From Vitrella brassicaformis CCMP3155 (taxonomy: Eukaryota; Protista; Chromerida), in the NCBI GenBank assembly GCA_001179505.1, contig CDMY01000486.1, positions 3,722-67,721 of the forward strand: a DNA stretch of 64,000 nucleotides. Direction: 5' to 3'. The number at the start of each line of letters is the position of its first letter. The first letter of the stretch is position 1. Of this stretch, positions 62,481 through 64,000 are shown in pieces. The position numbers and the translations under genes are program-made. The notes beneath the pieces were generated by a model, which saw nothing but the letters and a program-made list of their open reading frames with translations, was not told the DNA's origin and searched no databases.

Positions 62481-64000
62481 CCAAGCCACCGACACAACCC
62501 ACACAGCCGGTACGTAAGCAGCTGCAGAGACACTGACTGACACGAGCGAAGGGAGGAGGGGGCCTCATTTGTCTGTGTGTGTCCAGGTCGAGCCACAAGC
62601 TCCACAGCCACAGCTAAACCAGCAGCCGACGCAGTGTGTGTTGAGTCAGAGCCAGCCCCACAGCCAGCTGCCCCCGTCGCAGCCCACCCAACAACCACTG
62701 CAAAACAACCCGCAGCCCGTCCCCCTCCCTCCTCCTCTCGCCCTCCCTCTCTCAGTCCAACAGCCGCCCGACGTGCCGCTCTTCGCAGCACCAAGCCACC
62801 ACAACCAGCAAGGGCAGCACAAGAAGCGCGGTCGACCGAAGGGCAAGGCCAAGGGCAAAGCGCACGGAAAGACACAGATCAACAAGAACACCAAGACACG
62901 CAACAAAGGAGGTACGTACACACGCACAAAAAAGTCCATCAGACCAGCCCACACTGCTCTTGTGCGTGTCATGTGATCAATCAGGTGCAGCCAAGAAGAG
63001 AGCACCACCGCCACCAGCACCAGCAGCGGCACTCGTGGCTGTCAAGACAGAGCCGACCGATGACGAGCCGCCACGCCCCACACGAGACAACGACGACGTG
63101 CCGTCGCTGTTCCGTCGTCGGCTGAGTGCCACATTGCTGGACAGCGTCGAGTGGGTGTGCGGTGTGTGTGGCAGTGACAGCGAGCGGCAGTCGTGTCTGG
63201 TGCTGTGCGAGGGGTGCGGATGTGCGAGCCATCTGTCCTGCCTCACGCCGCCACTCACACGGCCACCGTCGGGCGACTTCATATGCAACGACTGCGTGCA
63301 GGTCAGACAGACAGACACAGAAGAAGAAGCGACAGGGGCGGCGTCCATGTGTGTTTGTGTGTGTTACGTGTGTGTCAGCGGAAGGGCTTGGTGTGCGGTG
63401 CGAAGTTTCAGCGTGGCGAGATCTGTTGGTGTGCGGTGCGGAGCGGTGTGAGTGAGCCGTGCTGTGTCGTGCAGTCATCGCACAACGGCACTGACGGCGA
63501 CAGCTATCAACTCATCGCTATCGGAGACACGCAGCGCAACAGGTACAAAGCACACGTGTGCAAGGCCAATGGAGGCGCACACACTTTTGTCTGCTGTGCG
63601 TGTGTGTGGATGTGTCAGGGTGTGTGTGTCGAGTGCTGTGATGGTGGACTGGGAGGAGGGGCTGGCGCGATGGCAGCGGATGCCCACACGCACACAGGAG
63701 GCCGACACACAACGACTTCGAGGGGTCACTGACGCCATACACATCCTCGTCGGCACCAAAACCATACACGACATCATCGTCGCAAACAAACCGACAAGTC
63801 AGATACCAAACCAGACGCACATACGTCCACCGTCCGTATGTCTATGTGTGTACAGGTGGTGGTGAGTGGGAGCATCGCATGGACGTCGCGCCACCAGAGC
63901 AGCCAGAGCAGCCAGAGCAGCCAGAGCAGCCGAGACGCAACAACAAGAAGAGACCGCCCTCACGTACACCAGACACGCAACCACCAGACAGATGCATGCC
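58197..64000 (+). CDS. Gln-rich nuclear protein with C2H2-like finger, AT-hook and PHD finger; 5' half appears up to three times across gaps; 3' end probably beyond window
   Basis: YMMCPHCDATNLFRSREALDRHIRQ (C2H2-like), KKRGRPKGK (AT-hook, 62821-62847), WVCGVCG...LVLCEGCGCASHLSCLTPPLTRPPSGDFICNDC (PHD, about 63147-63300). Confidence 0.75.

Noticed and set aside
63893-63931. (CCAGAGCAG)x4 tandem repeat and (GTGATT)n at about 58078-58110
   Set aside because: Ordinary short tandem repeats with no spacer structure; not CRISPR-like or telomeric.
1-64000. Hundreds of short six-frame ORFs rich in HTHT/CVCV/THTH or spanning X runs
   Set aside because: They are translations of (CA)n/(GT)n intronic microsatellites, antisense shadows of GC-rich exons, or read-through of N gaps.
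1-64000. tRNA, rRNA, snRNA genes, CRISPR arrays, intact transposase or reverse-transcriptase ORFs
   Set aside because: None recognised by eye. A tRNAscan-SE, Infernal/Rfam or RepeatModeler run would be needed to exclude small or divergent ones.

Overview
Intron-rich, GC-rich eukaryotic nuclear DNA with (CA)n/(GT)n, (GATG)n and (CAGA)n microsatellites in most introns and six 300-N scaffold gaps. The style, plus a signal+Phe-transit-peptide protein, suggests a chromerid alveolate such as Vitrella brassicaformis (inference). About 21 protein-coding loci can be pieced together from spliced exons, and most six-frame ORFs are antisense or microsatellite noise. Recognisable genes: BCS1, a Cid1/TUTase-family nucleotidyltransferase with an RRM, eIF4E, TFIIE-alpha, RRP41, an EamA-like transporter, a PhnB-like VOC protein, and EF-hand, TPR, SH3, PHD/ELM2 and PHD/C2H2/AT-hook proteins. 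Most notable: (1) a chimeric gene joining coilin-like N-terminal exons to a Crinkler-type P-loop NTPase plus restriction-endonuclease-fold module, head-to-head with the TUTase; (2) a recurrent TGCGAGCT(T) element in six gene-upstream regions, including an identical 24-bp double copy in two bidirectional promoters; (3) an 80-nt intron made of two back-to-back 40-nt GT-AG units; (4) a three-member intronless claudin-like family with an inverted duplication; (5) a protein with about 14 S-V-[FY]-E repeats; (6) a putatively plastid-targeted coiled-coil protein built by three-exon module duplication. Domain calls are by-eye motif recognition; no database searches were run.
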